Of a DNA stretch of 64,000 bases, positions 30,765-39,411 are shown one piece after another. The position numbers and the translations under genes are program-made. The notes beneath the pieces were generated by a model, which did not search any database, was not told the origin of the DNA, and saw nothing but the letters and a program-made list of their open reading frames with translations. Every line of letters begins with the position of its first letter. Position 1 is the stretch's first letter. The stretch lies in contig JAUWJD010000012.1 in the NCBI GenBank assembly GCA_030607875.1, forward strand, positions 11,130 through 75,129, read 5' to 3'. The stretch is from Chloroflexota bacterium (GTDB lineage Bacteria > Chloroflexota > Anaerolineae > UBA2200).

Positions 30765-31826
30765 TTGGCAGTTGGCAGTTTGGCTTTTATCCTCGTTTTT
30801 GTAGTCGCTCTGGGGCTCGCTGCGCTCATCACCCCTTTGGCGGCGCGCTTGGGCAGGCGCTGGGGGCTGGTGGACGTGCCCGGTGAGAGGCGCAAGCACG
30901 TGGGCATCATGCCGCGCAGCGGTGGCATTGCTCTCTATGGTTCCTTCCTGGTGGCGGTGCTTCTTGCGGCGGTTGTCGGCCGGATGCTCCCCACTCCTGA
31001 GGGCCCCGATCCCAAGGAGCTGACCCGTCTGGCCGGGATCCTGCTGGGCAGCACTTTTATGTTTGCAGTCGGCTTGTATGACGACAAGCATGAGTTGAAA
31101 GCGCTGCCCCAGTTTTTCGCTCAGGTGGTTGCTGCGCTTTTCGCTGTGTTCACCCTGGTTTTCATCGAGCGGGTGATGAACCCCTTCACGGACGAGCTGT
31201 TCATTTTCCCCTGGTGGTTCACGGCGCTGATCACCATTGTCTGGATCAGCGGCATGATCAACACTGTCAATTTCCTCGACGGCCTGGATGGCCTGGCGGC
31301 AGGTGTGGCAGCCATCCTGGCGGCGGTCCTTGCCATCCACATGTATCGAGTAGGGCAGTACAGCGTTTCGCTGCTGCCGCTGGCGCTGCTTGGCGCCACC
31401 CTTGGATTCCTGCCTTACAATTTCCATCCGGCCAGAGTGTTCATGGGCAGCAGCGGCTCGTTCTTCCTGGGCTATGCTATGGCTACGCTGGGCATCGTGG
31501 CTGGGGCGCGCATGGCCACTGTGCTGCTCGTGCTGGCGGTGCCCATCCTAGATGTGGCCTGGCTCATCCTGGTGCGCCTGCGGCGGGGGCGCTCGATCGG
31601 GGAGGGAGATCGCCAGCACCTGCACTTTCGCCTGGTGGATCTGGGCTTCTCCCAACGGCAGGTCGTGGGGCTCTACTGCCTGCTCAGCGCGGCCTTTGGT
31701 GTGTTGGCCCTGGTGGTGTCCTCGCGCCTGTTCAAGCTGGGGGCATTGCTGGTTCTGGGCCTGGTGACCGTAGCTGTACTCGCCGTGGTTGCCTCGCTCA
31801 GCGAGCAGCGGATGAACGACGGATAA
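30765..31826 (+). CDS. MraY/WecA/TagO-family polyprenyl-phosphate GlcNAc-1-phosphate transferase
   Basis: DVPGERRKH..MPRSGG, GLYDD, NTVNFLDGLDGL, NFHPARVFMGSSG, DRQHLHFRL. Confidence 0.9.
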   Translation: MAVGSLAFILVFVVALGLAALITPLAARLGRRWGLVDVPGERRKHVGIMPRSGGIALYGSFLVAVLLAAVVGRMLPTPEGPDPKELTRLAGILLGSTFMFAVGLYDDKHELKALPQFFAQVVAALFAVFTLVFIERVMNPFTDELFIFPWWFTALITIVWISGMINTVNFLDGLDGLAAGVAAILAAVLAIHMYRVGQYSVSLLPLALLGATLGFLPYNFHPARVFMGSSGSFFLGYAMATLGIVAGARMATVLLVLAVPILDVAWLILVRLRRGRSIGEGDRQHLHFRLVDLGFSQRQVVGLYCLLSAAFGVLALVVSSRLFKLGALLVLGLVTVAVLAVVASLSEQRMNDG

Positions 31827-31835
31827 GCAGATGAG

Positions 31836-31868
31836 AGAAACCCGATAGTCGCAAGATACCGGGTTTCT
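31836..31868. repeat. Short palindrome between convergent genes
   Basis: AGAAACCCG...CGGGTTTCT. Confidence 0.5.
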
Positions 31869-31946
31869 TGTCCAGAGGCCCTTTCTTACCTTCCGTGCCA
31901 TCGCCGTTCGACTACTACCCACTGGCAACTGGTAACTGCCAACCGA

Positions 31947-32696
31947 TCAATACTCCACATGTCTGCCCAGCATTCGCCCCCCGGCTTTTTCGACCACCAG
32001 GATTAGAAGTGCAAAGGGTATGTCCACGCTGACGGCCAGACCGAAGGCGAAGGCCAGGTGCGTCACGCCGGTCAGCACCCATCTCTTCAGTTCCACGAGT
32101 ATCTGCGGTAGGAGACCAGCCACGTAGACCATGCCTGCGGCAAGGGCCAGAAACACCAGCACCGCAGCCCACGGCTGGCGATCCGATTCACTGGGCCACA
32201 TGGCGTTGCTGATGGCAAAGATCAGGTAGAGCCCCAGCAGGGCATCGGGAGCCTGCAGCGACGACACCAGGGTTTGCCCAATCCCCTCAGGGTTCAGGGC
32301 GGGCAGGGATTCGACGCCGAACTGCCAGCGCGCCAGGAGCAGGATGGCTGCGGTGCCGGTGAGCAGCGGGGCCAAACCGATCCAGCTCTCGCGGAAGGGG
32401 TCGGACTTGGCCACGGTCACCGCTCCGAAGCGGATATTCCCCCCGCGCCTTGCCTTGGGGCGCAGGGAGATGCTCCTGGTCTTTACCCCCACGAGCCTGG
32501 CCGCCAGCAGGTGGCTCATCTCGTGCAGCAGGACGCCTGGCAGCAAGACGAGGTAGTGTAGCAACATGGCAGTCTGTTGGCTGCCAGAGAGAAGCAGCCC
32601 CAAGCCTTGCAAATGCAGGCTCAGCCAACGTGTCAGAAAGAACAGTGGCACCGACAGCGCCGCCAGCCAGGCCAGAGGTGCCCAGTCGCTTGTCAT
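31947..32696 (-). CDS. Membrane protein with HExxH motif (M50-like metalloprotease)
   Basis: PGVLLHEMSH in a TM context; IGLAP; PSESD. Confidence 0.65.
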   Translation of the reverse strand: MTSDWAPLAWLAALSVPLFFLTRWLSLHLQGLGLLLSGSQQTAMLLHYLVLLPGVLLHEMSHLLAARLVGVKTRSISLRPKARRGGNIRFGAVTVAKSDPFRESWIGLAPLLTGTAAILLLARWQFGVESLPALNPEGIGQTLVSSLQAPDALLGLYLIFAISNAMWPSESDRQPWAAVLVFLALAAGMVYVAGLLPQILVELKRWVLTGVTHLAFAFGLAVSVDIPFALLILVVEKAGGRMLGRHVEY

Positions 32697-33473
32697 CTAC
32701 TTGTGCGTGCCTTTGATTTCTGCTGCCAGTCTGGCGATGGCGACAAACTTGTCTGCCGCCAGGCAAGCGCCTCCTACCAGAGCGCCGTCAATCTCCGGCT
32801 GGGTCATGAACTCGACGACATTGGCTGGTTTTACGCTGCCGCCATACTGGACGCGCACGGCCTGGGCGGCATCCTCGCCGAACATAGAGGCCACCGTGCC
32901 GCGGATCACCAGGCCGATGATGGCGTTGGCCCCGGCGGCTGTCGCTGGTTTGCCCGTGCCAATGGCCCAGATCGGCTCGTAGGCCATGACCAGTTCCTTA
33001 ACCTGCTCCGCCGCCAGGCCGTCCAGTGCGGCCCGGACCTGGCCAGAGACCCACTCCTCCGTCTGTCCCGCTTCGTTCTGTTCCAGGTTCTCGCCCACGC
33101 AGATGATCGGGATCAGGCCGTGCTGGAACGCAACTTTGACCTTGCGGTTTACTCCCTCATCGGTCTCGCCAAAGTATTTTCGGCGCTCGGAGTGGCCGAT
33201 GATCACGTACTGGCACAGTTCTTTCAGCATCAGCGGCGAGATGGCGCCGGTGAAAGCTCCCTTCTCCTCACAGTGCATCTCCTGCGCGCCGAGCTTGATC
33301 TTGGTGGCCTGGAGCAGTTCCGCCACTGCCGAGAGCGCGGTGAAAGGCGGGCACAGGACCTTTTCCACGCCCTCGATCTCGTTCAGCTCGCGGCGCATCT
33401 CCCTGACCAGAGCGGTGGCCTCGGCGATGGTCTTGTTCATTTTCCAGTTTCCAGCAATGATTGGTGTGCGCAT
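32697..33473 (-). CDS. tpiA: Triosephosphate isomerase
   Basis: AGNWKMNK, GAFTG, IIGHSERR, AYEPIWAIGTG, YGGSV, LVGGA. Confidence 0.97.
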   Translation of the reverse strand: MRTPIIAGNWKMNKTIAEATALVREMRRELNEIEGVEKVLCPPFTALSAVAELLQATKIKLGAQEMHCEEKGAFTGAISPLMLKELCQYVIIGHSERRKYFGETDEGVNRKVKVAFQHGLIPIICVGENLEQNEAGQTEEWVSGQVRAALDGLAAEQVKELVMAYEPIWAIGTGKPATAAGANAIIGLVIRGTVASMFGEDAAQAVRVQYGGSVKPANVVEFMTQPEIDGALVGGACLAADKFVAIARLAAEIKGTHK

Positions 33474-33502
33474 GTGGCCTCCTTCTAGGGATGTCGGTTG
33501 GT

Positions 33503-33530
33503 GTAGAGACGTAGCATGCTACGTCTCTAC
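33503..33530. repeat. Perfect 28-bp GTAG-type REP palindrome
   Basis: GTAGAGACGTAGCA/TGCTACGTCTCTAC; contains the stop codon of the upstream peptidase. Confidence 0.75.
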
Positions 33531-34715
33531 GAGTCTCTCGTCGAGCAGCCTTACTGCCTGGCTCACGGTGTCAGCCGCAAGTTGGAGTGAGTCTACGTCA
33601 ATATAGTCAATAGTGTCAAGTTCCGTGTGGTAGACCAGCCGGGCTTGAGAATCTCCTTTGGTGCATAGAGAGGCGGCGCGGAAGCCCTTTGCCACGAATG
33701 AGGCAAAATCAGTGTTGCCCATGAAGTAGTAATGGCTCTTTATGGCCGCGTAGGCTTCCCTGAACAGAGCATTGAGCTCGCTGTCGGTAAACCGTGGCGG
33801 GATCAGCCCGGAGCCCCGCACGTAGCAAAGCTGCTTCCCCGCCCCCACCATGTCCAGGTTGATCACGTAGGTGCTGTCCTTTGGCAACTCTGTCTCCTTG
33901 GCAAAGCGCTCGGATCCGATCAGCCCCACTTCCTCTGCAGTGAAGAGTACGTAGTACGTGTCCAGGTGGGTTGGAGGGGTCTCGTGGAGATGCTGTGACA
34001 AAGCCAGCACGACGCCAACCCCAGAAGCATTGTCGTTCGCGCCAGGGGAATAGCTGTCCCCGCGCGAGATGTACAGGTAGAACAGTTGGAATAGCAGAGA
34101 AGCGACGGAGAAAGCGAGTCCGAACGCACGTATGGCTTGCCAGACGCTGAGCGGGGCGAACGTGACGCGCATGTCTATCCAGCGCAGTGCGGCCGCAACC
34201 GACATCAGGAAGACAACTGGCACCAGGGCACGCACCCGCAGGCGGTTGATCTTGGGCCACAGTTCCCCGGGCACGCGGCTGGCCTTGGACGAATCCAGGT
34301 GGGCGCAGAGAACGAGGTTGCCGCGGCTTTCCCCTGCCGCTGGGAGAATACCGATGACGTTTTCGCTCTCTCGCTCTGAGGTGGCGCTGGCGCGTCTACG
34401 CGCTATGGGGATCAACTTCGACAGTGCGAAGAACGTGAGCAGATACGTGAGCATGGCCTGGGGTGATTCCACCAGCCAGTAGACGCAGTATACCAGTATC
34501 GCGCCGCCCAGCAGCACGAGGGTCCTGATCGGGAACTGTCCAGGGATGCCCTTCACCGGCAGCCTGCGCACCTCCTGGCAGGTCTTGCGCAATTCGTCGG
34601 CGACATAGTCGAGGGCACGCCGTTCACCGTCGCTGGCCGCCGGCCGTGGGCCGATGCGCACCGACAGTTCTTCGACGACGTGGTATGCTTGTTGGCCGAG
34701 ATTGTTGGATGCCAT
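33519..34715 (-). CDS. Membrane-associated M28-family metallopeptidase
   Basis: IGPRPAAS; CAHLDS; PGANDNASG; TAEEVGLIGS; INLDMVG; YHTELD. Confidence 0.85.
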   Translation of the reverse strand: MASNNLGQQAYHVVEELSVRIGPRPAASDGERRALDYVADELRKTCQEVRRLPVKGIPGQFPIRTLVLLGGAILVYCVYWLVESPQAMLTYLLTFFALSKLIPIARRRASATSERESENVIGILPAAGESRGNLVLCAHLDSSKASRVPGELWPKINRLRVRALVPVVFLMSVAAALRWIDMRVTFAPLSVWQAIRAFGLAFSVASLLFQLFYLYISRGDSYSPGANDNASGVGVVLALSQHLHETPPTHLDTYYVLFTAEEVGLIGSERFAKETELPKDSTYVINLDMVGAGKQLCYVRGSGLIPPRFTDSELNALFREAYAAIKSHYYFMGNTDFASFVAKGFRAASLCTKGDSQARLVYHTELDTIDYIDVDSLQLAADTVSQAVRLLDERLVET

Positions 34716-34791
34716 GTAGTAACCAGACCTCGTTTCGTGACCAAAGCGCAGTAAATATACCACAAGGCATGGAGAAGTGTCAATGCTGAGC

Positions 34792-35010
34792 TGCGCGGTG
34801 TCCAGGACATACTATACAGTTTCAGTGAGTACATCAGAAGAGCGCTGAGATTGGCCAGAGTGGATTGTGCGCGTTTGGAGCTGAAGCAATCTGAGGCATG
34901 GACACCGGACCAGTGCACGGACAGCGAGGATCGATTACAAGGAGCTGAGGAAGACGAGCCCCGAGGCAGCCAGGAGAGCGGTGGTTGAGTATTGGAGGAG
35001 CAATGGTCAC
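34792..35010 (+). mobile_element. Left-end remnant of an IS481-like element
   Basis: Clearly homologous to 61905 onward (shared TGCGCGGTGTCCAGGACATACTATACAGTTT and ...DYKELRKTSPEAARR.. coding); truncated. Confidence 0.7.
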
Positions 35011-35122
35011 TGCGTTTGCAGTGACACATACCGAGCACGTGGGCGTGCTCCAGGATCTCCTGAGCGACTTAACAACAGCCCTGATGCCTCTTGGCTGACG
35101 CTTTGGTCACGTGTGCAACATA

Positions 35123-35131
35123 TGCTATAAT
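35123..35131 (+). promoter_or_regulatory. Extended -10 promoter element (TGCTATAAT) for the pdtaSR-like operon
   Basis: Consensus TGnTATAAT 150 nt upstream of the kinase. Confidence 0.55.
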
Positions 35132-35280
35132 GACTGCTGATGTTTTGCCGCCAATGGCGGCGAGACATGGCCCCGCGGAAGAAGTGGCGGCCCGATCATA
35201 GTGCTACATGAGAACATGGTCCCGCCCAAGAGACGGCGGGACCAGTGAAGTGAAAGATAGTCTCAAGGACGAGAATACCG

Positions 35281-36768
35281 GTGGACGCGCATGCCTATGG
35301 CGCCAGCCTCTGCGAAGCCGACGCCGATCTCTTGAATAGCATCCGCAAAGCTCTGCCCATCCTGTCGGATCTCAGCCGCAGTGACCTTTTGCTCTATCTT
35401 CCTGTGGGAAGTGGAGAAGCAGTGGTCAGTGATCAGGCCAGGCCGCATTCCATCTTCCCGGTCTATGAGCAAGACCTGGTGGGCAAGCAAGTGGACCCAC
35501 AGGGGGCTCCCTGGGTTTTCCAGGCTCTGTCCAGCATCCGGCTGCGGCGCGGAGTGCAGAGTGGCACGGTGCGAGATGCGCGCATCGTGCGTGAGGTCCT
35601 TCCGGTCTTGAGTGACGGGCGAGCCATTGCCGCTCTGAGCATCGAGACCAACCTGCTGGCACACGAGCGGCATCGCCGCCGCAGCGTGGCTTTTCGCCAG
35701 GCCATGCAGAGGCTGCAGGAGATGGTCCTGCGCGGTGAGTTGACCGGTGCGGAAGAGCTGTCGCCCTTTGGCGAGCACGATGGCATTGTCGTAGTGGACT
35801 TGCAGCGACGCATCCAATATGCGAGCGGCATCGCGGCGCACCTGTACCGCCGCATTGGCTATATGAGCAGCCTGCTCCATCAGAGCGTGTACGATCTGGA
35901 GACGGCTGACGCCGAGCTGGTGGATGAGGCTCTGAGCTGTGGCTCTTGCATCGAGCGTGAGAAGGAAGAGCACGGTCGCATCTGGATCCGCAAGGCCATC
36001 CCGCTGTACGTCCGCAGGGAGTGGTGGAGCTTCTGGCTGAGGCGTATTCCGGGACTGCCGTCTCCCGAGGGATCGGTGCCCGCGGGCGTGATGCTGACGG
36101 TGCACGATGCGACGGAGGCACGGGACAAGGAGGAGGAACTCAAGGCCAAGCTGGCCATGATCCAGGAGGTCCACCACCGTGTCAAGAACAACCTGCAGGT
36201 AATCGCTTCTCTGTTGCGCTTGGAGGCGCGGCGCGCGGATCTGCCTGAGGTTCAGCAGGCCTTGACGGAAACGGTCAACCGCATTCTGAGTGTGGCCGTG
36301 GTGCACGAGTTCCTGTCATATGACAGCGCTGGCGTGATCAATCTGCGCGACGTGGCGCGGCGCATCGTTGAGCAGATGGGGCAGAGCGTCATGGATCCGG
36401 GCAAGGGCATCGAGTTCCGGTTGACTGGCCCGAGCATCTATCTGTCCGCGCAGAAAGCAACCGCATGCGCTTTGGTAATCAATGAGTTGTTGCTCAATGC
36501 GGTCGAGCACGGCTATGAGCACCGGGATGTCGGTCTGGTGACCATTGATCTGGTGGATGACGGCGAGTGGGTGACCATTGAGGTAGGCGACGATGGTGCG
36601 GGCTTGCCCGCTGACTTTGATCTCGATGCGCACGGCGGCCTGGGGCTGCGCATTGTGAGCATATTGGTTCAGGGCGACCTGAAAGGCAATTTCACACTGC
36701 ATGGCGAAGAAGGGGTGAGGGCAGTAGCGACTTTCCCCAAGACATCTTTGGGAGGTGCAAAAAGTTGA
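35281..36768 (+). CDS. PdtaS-like cytoplasmic sensor histidine kinase (H_kinase_N, PAS, HisKA_2)
   Basis: LPILSDLSRSDLLLY; QEVHHRVKNNLQVIASLL; INELLLNAVEHG; DDGAGLP; GLGLRIV. Confidence 0.88.
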   Translation: MDAHAYGASLCEADADLLNSIRKALPILSDLSRSDLLLYLPVGSGEAVVSDQARPHSIFPVYEQDLVGKQVDPQGAPWVFQALSSIRLRRGVQSGTVRDARIVREVLPVLSDGRAIAALSIETNLLAHERHRRRSVAFRQAMQRLQEMVLRGELTGAEELSPFGEHDGIVVVDLQRRIQYASGIAAHLYRRIGYMSSLLHQSVYDLETADAELVDEALSCGSCIEREKEEHGRIWIRKAIPLYVRREWWSFWLRRIPGLPSPEGSVPAGVMLTVHDATEARDKEEELKAKLAMIQEVHHRVKNNLQVIASLLRLEARRADLPEVQQALTETVNRILSVAVVHEFLSYDSAGVINLRDVARRIVEQMGQSVMDPGKGIEFRLTGPSIYLSAQKATACALVINELLLNAVEHGYEHRDVGLVTIDLVDDGEWVTIEVGDDGAGLPADFDLDAHGGLGLRIVSILVQGDLKGNFTLHGEEGVRAVATFPKTSLGGAKS

Positions 36769-37367
36769 AGCGAAAGAGGATATTGATCGCAGATGACGAG
36801 TCCATTATCCTGATGGACTTGCGCGAGATGCTGACCAACCTGGGTTATCTGGTGGTGGGTGAGGCCAATGATGGTCAGAGCGCGGTGAACATGGCCCGTG
36901 AACTCCGGCCAGACCTGGTGGTGATGGACATCAAGATGCCGGACATGGATGGCATCGAGGCTGCCCGGGTGCTGACCGCGGAGAAGATTGCGCCAGTGCT
37001 GTTGCTGACAGCCTACAGCCAGCAAGATCTGATCGAGCAGGCCAGAGAGGCAGGCGTCGTTGGATACCTGGTCAAGCCTTTCCGGGAGTCGAATCTTGCC
37101 CCGGCCATTGAGATCACTCTAGCCCGGTTCGACGAATTCCAGGTGGTGCAGAAGGAAGTTGACGACCTCAAGGAAGCGCTGGAAACGCGCAAGCTCGTGG
37201 ATCGTGCCAAAGGCATTCTAATGGACAGCCAGGGTCTGTCAGAGCAGGAAGCCTTTCGGCGCATCCAGAAAATGAGCATGAATACTCGCCGGGCGATGAA
37301 AGAGATCGCCGAGGCCATCATCCTGACACATGACGTGGAAGGGGAGAAACAGCAGCCAACGTCTTGA
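36765..37367 (+). CDS. PdtaR-like receiver-ANTAR response regulator (RNA-binding antiterminator)
   Basis: Receiver domain plus LETRKLVDRAKGILM..LSEQEAFRRIQKMSMNTRRAMKEIAEAII; overlaps the kinase stop. Confidence 0.92.
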   Translation: MKRKRILIADDESIILMDLREMLTNLGYLVVGEANDGQSAVNMARELRPDLVVMDIKMPDMDGIEAARVLTAEKIAPVLLLTAYSQQDLIEQAREAGVVGYLVKPFRESNLAPAIEITLARFDEFQVVQKEVDDLKEALETRKLVDRAKGILMDSQGLSEQEAFRRIQKMSMNTRRAMKEIAEAIILTHDVEGEKQQPTS

Positions 37368-37375
37368 CCTGCTCG

Positions 37376-37577
37376 TTCACCGCAGAGACGCAGAGCACGC
37401 CGAGAGATGAAAATAGACGAGATTAGCGGCCAAGTCATTGGCGCTGCTTGGGTGGGTGGAAAGTGGGCCTGTTGATCAACTTCAATGTTCCGGTGCTCAA
37501 GCGAGGGCTCTGGCGGCTGGTGTGGGGTTTGGAGGAATAGTCCGTTCCTGCGTCGCTCTTTCTCGCCCTTGCGGTAG
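37376..37577 (+). pseudogene. Internally deleted GxxExxY-family gene remnant with flanking CGCAGAG-type repeats
   Basis: MKIDEISGQVIGAA (from 37407) joined out of frame to GWKVGLLINFNVPVLKRGLWRLVWGLEE* (to 37540); preceded by CACCGCAGAGACGCAGAG. Confidence 0.7.
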
Positions 37578-37704
37578 CGCAGATTACGTCACTGCAGTGA
37601 AGGGTGGGTGCATGTACCGCAATGGTGCGGGGGGAATGAAAACGTGATGCGCTCGCGGAAGCCATTGCCATTTAGGCTTTCTCTGTGTTCTCTGCGCCTC
37701 AGCG

Positions 37705-39411
37705 GTGAAAGAAAAGCTGCACATGATCAATAGGCTTGGGGTGCTCAACCTGCGCCTGGCTCTGCCAAAGCTCCTGTTAGCGGTAATAATCCTTGCGCTC
37801 GGTCTTGTTCTAGCTCTCTTGCCTGCGAAGTGGGCTGTAGCGCTGCTTGTGGGGAGCGTGCTGCTGCTGGCGCTCCTCATCCGACCGCAGTATGCTCTTT
37901 GTCTCCTGGCCTTTGCAGTTCCCTTTGGATCCATTCGTCAGTTGTCCCTGGGGCCGGTGAATGTTGGCCTCGCCGAGGTGCTGATCGCCCTCTTGTTTGC
38001 CTTCTGGTTTGCGCATATGGTTGTCGACAGGCGTATCACCGTCCCTCGTGCGCCCTTGCTCCTCCCTCTGCTCCTTTTCCTCGCTGCTATCCTGCTCTCG
38101 ACACTAGTTACGGCCTCCTTTGAACTCAGCGTTAAAGAGCTGGTAAAGTGGCTGGAAGTTATCATCATCTATTGGTTCATGGCGGATATGGTAGACGAGC
38201 GTTGGGGTCGATGGCTGGTCTGGGCATTGCTGGCTGCTGGAAGCGCCGAAGCCCTGGTAGGGGTCTACCAATTCCTTCGTCGCATCGGTCCGGAGGGGTT
38301 CATCCTCTTTGGACGCTTTATGCGCGCCTACGGGCACTTTGCACAACCCAATCCCTTTGCCGGTTACCTGGGCCTCAGCCTGCCCCTGGCCTACGCCCTG
38401 GCTCTGGAGGCCCTGGACGTTTGGCGATTGAAGGTGTGGACGGAGCAGACTGGGATTCGACGCATGGTGGCACAGGGCGCGCCATATGCCATCTTTGCCT
38501 CCTTTGCTGTGATGTCTGCAGCGATGGCGATGAGTTGGTCACGTGGCGGTTGGGTGGGCCTGGCGGCTGCGCTCGTTGTAGTCACTGTGTTACGCAGTCG
38601 AAGGGCGTGGATCGGCGCCATCGCCGTTGGGTTGTTGGTAGCATACTTGCTCCTCATCGGCGGTGCGCAATACCTGCCGGCAACGCTGGGGCAGAGAGTT
38701 GTGGACTTTGTTCCTTATCTGGGCGGCGTGGATGTGACCGCCGTAGAGGTGACCGATGCCAACTGGGCGGTGATTGAACGCATGGCTCATTGGCAGGCCG
38801 CTCTGGGCATGTTCTCCGATCACCCGTGGCTCGGGGTGGGCATTGGCAACTACCCTGTGGCCTACTCGCAGTACGCGTTGGGGCGCTGGCGGGATCCCCT
38901 GGGACATGCGCATAACTACTACCTCAACATCGCCGCCGAGGCAGGCCTCATCGGCCTGAGCGCGTACCTGATCCTCTTTGGGGCTTGTCTGATCCAGGCC
39001 TGGCGTGTGATCCGGCGCACCGGGCCACCCGTTGGTCACGCTGAGCCCATGCGCTTTGCGGGGGGTGAACTTCGCAAGGAGGCTCGATCTACCGCGAAGC
39101 CGGAGATTCTTCGCTGCGCTCAGAAAGACACGTCAACGGCCATGGCAGGACACAGCCCTGCCCAAGCAATGGCAGGACAAGGCTATTGGCGGGCAGTGGC
39201 ACTGGGCGCGATGGGCGTGCTGGTGCATTTGTCTGTGCACAACTTGTTCGACAACCTCTTTGTCCACAGTATGAATGTGCAACTGGCACTCGTCCTTGGC
39301 TTGCTGCTTGTTGCTGACAAGAGCCAGCCTCTGTCCTACAGGGACTGGCCCAAGGGCCGTCCGCAAGGCGCGGCCGAAGGGGCGAACGCCCAACATGCGT
39401 ATCGGCATTGA
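37705..39411 (+). CDS. O-antigen ligase (WaaL/Wzy_C) family membrane protein
   Basis: RAYGHFAQPNPFAGYL; SWSRGGW; ERMAHWQAALGMFSDHPWLGVGIGNY; HAHNYYLNIAAEAGLIG. Confidence 0.87.
   Translation: MKEKLHMINRLGVLNLRLALPKLLLAVIILALGLVLALLPAKWAVALLVGSVLLLALLIRPQYALCLLAFAVPFGSIRQLSLGPVNVGLAEVLIALLFAFWFAHMVVDRRITVPRAPLLLPLLLFLAAILLSTLVTASFELSVKELVKWLEVIIIYWFMADMVDERWGRWLVWALLAAGSAEALVGVYQFLRRIGPEGFILFGRFMRAYGHFAQPNPFAGYLGLSLPLAYALALEALDVWRLKVWTEQTGIRRMVAQGAPYAIFASFAVMSAAMAMSWSRGGWVGLAAALVVVTVLRSRRAWIGAIAVGLLVAYLLLIGGAQYLPATLGQRVVDFVPYLGGVDVTAVEVTDANWAVIERMAHWQAALGMFSDHPWLGVGIGNYPVAYSQYALGRWRDPLGHAHNYYLNIAAEAGLIGLSAYLILFGACLIQAWRVIRRTGPPVGHAEPMRFAGGELRKEARSTAKPEILRCAQKDTSTAMAGHSPAQAMAGQGYWRAVALGAMGVLVHLSVHNLFDNLFVHSMNVQLALVLGLLLVADKSQPLSYRDWPKGRPQGAAEGANAQHAYRH
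39035..39130. repeat. Degenerate REP/RPE-like element inserted in frame in the O-antigen ligase gene
   Basis: GTCACGCTGAGC ... GATTCTTCGCTGCGCTCAGAAAGACA imperfect terminal inverted repeats. Confidence 0.65.
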
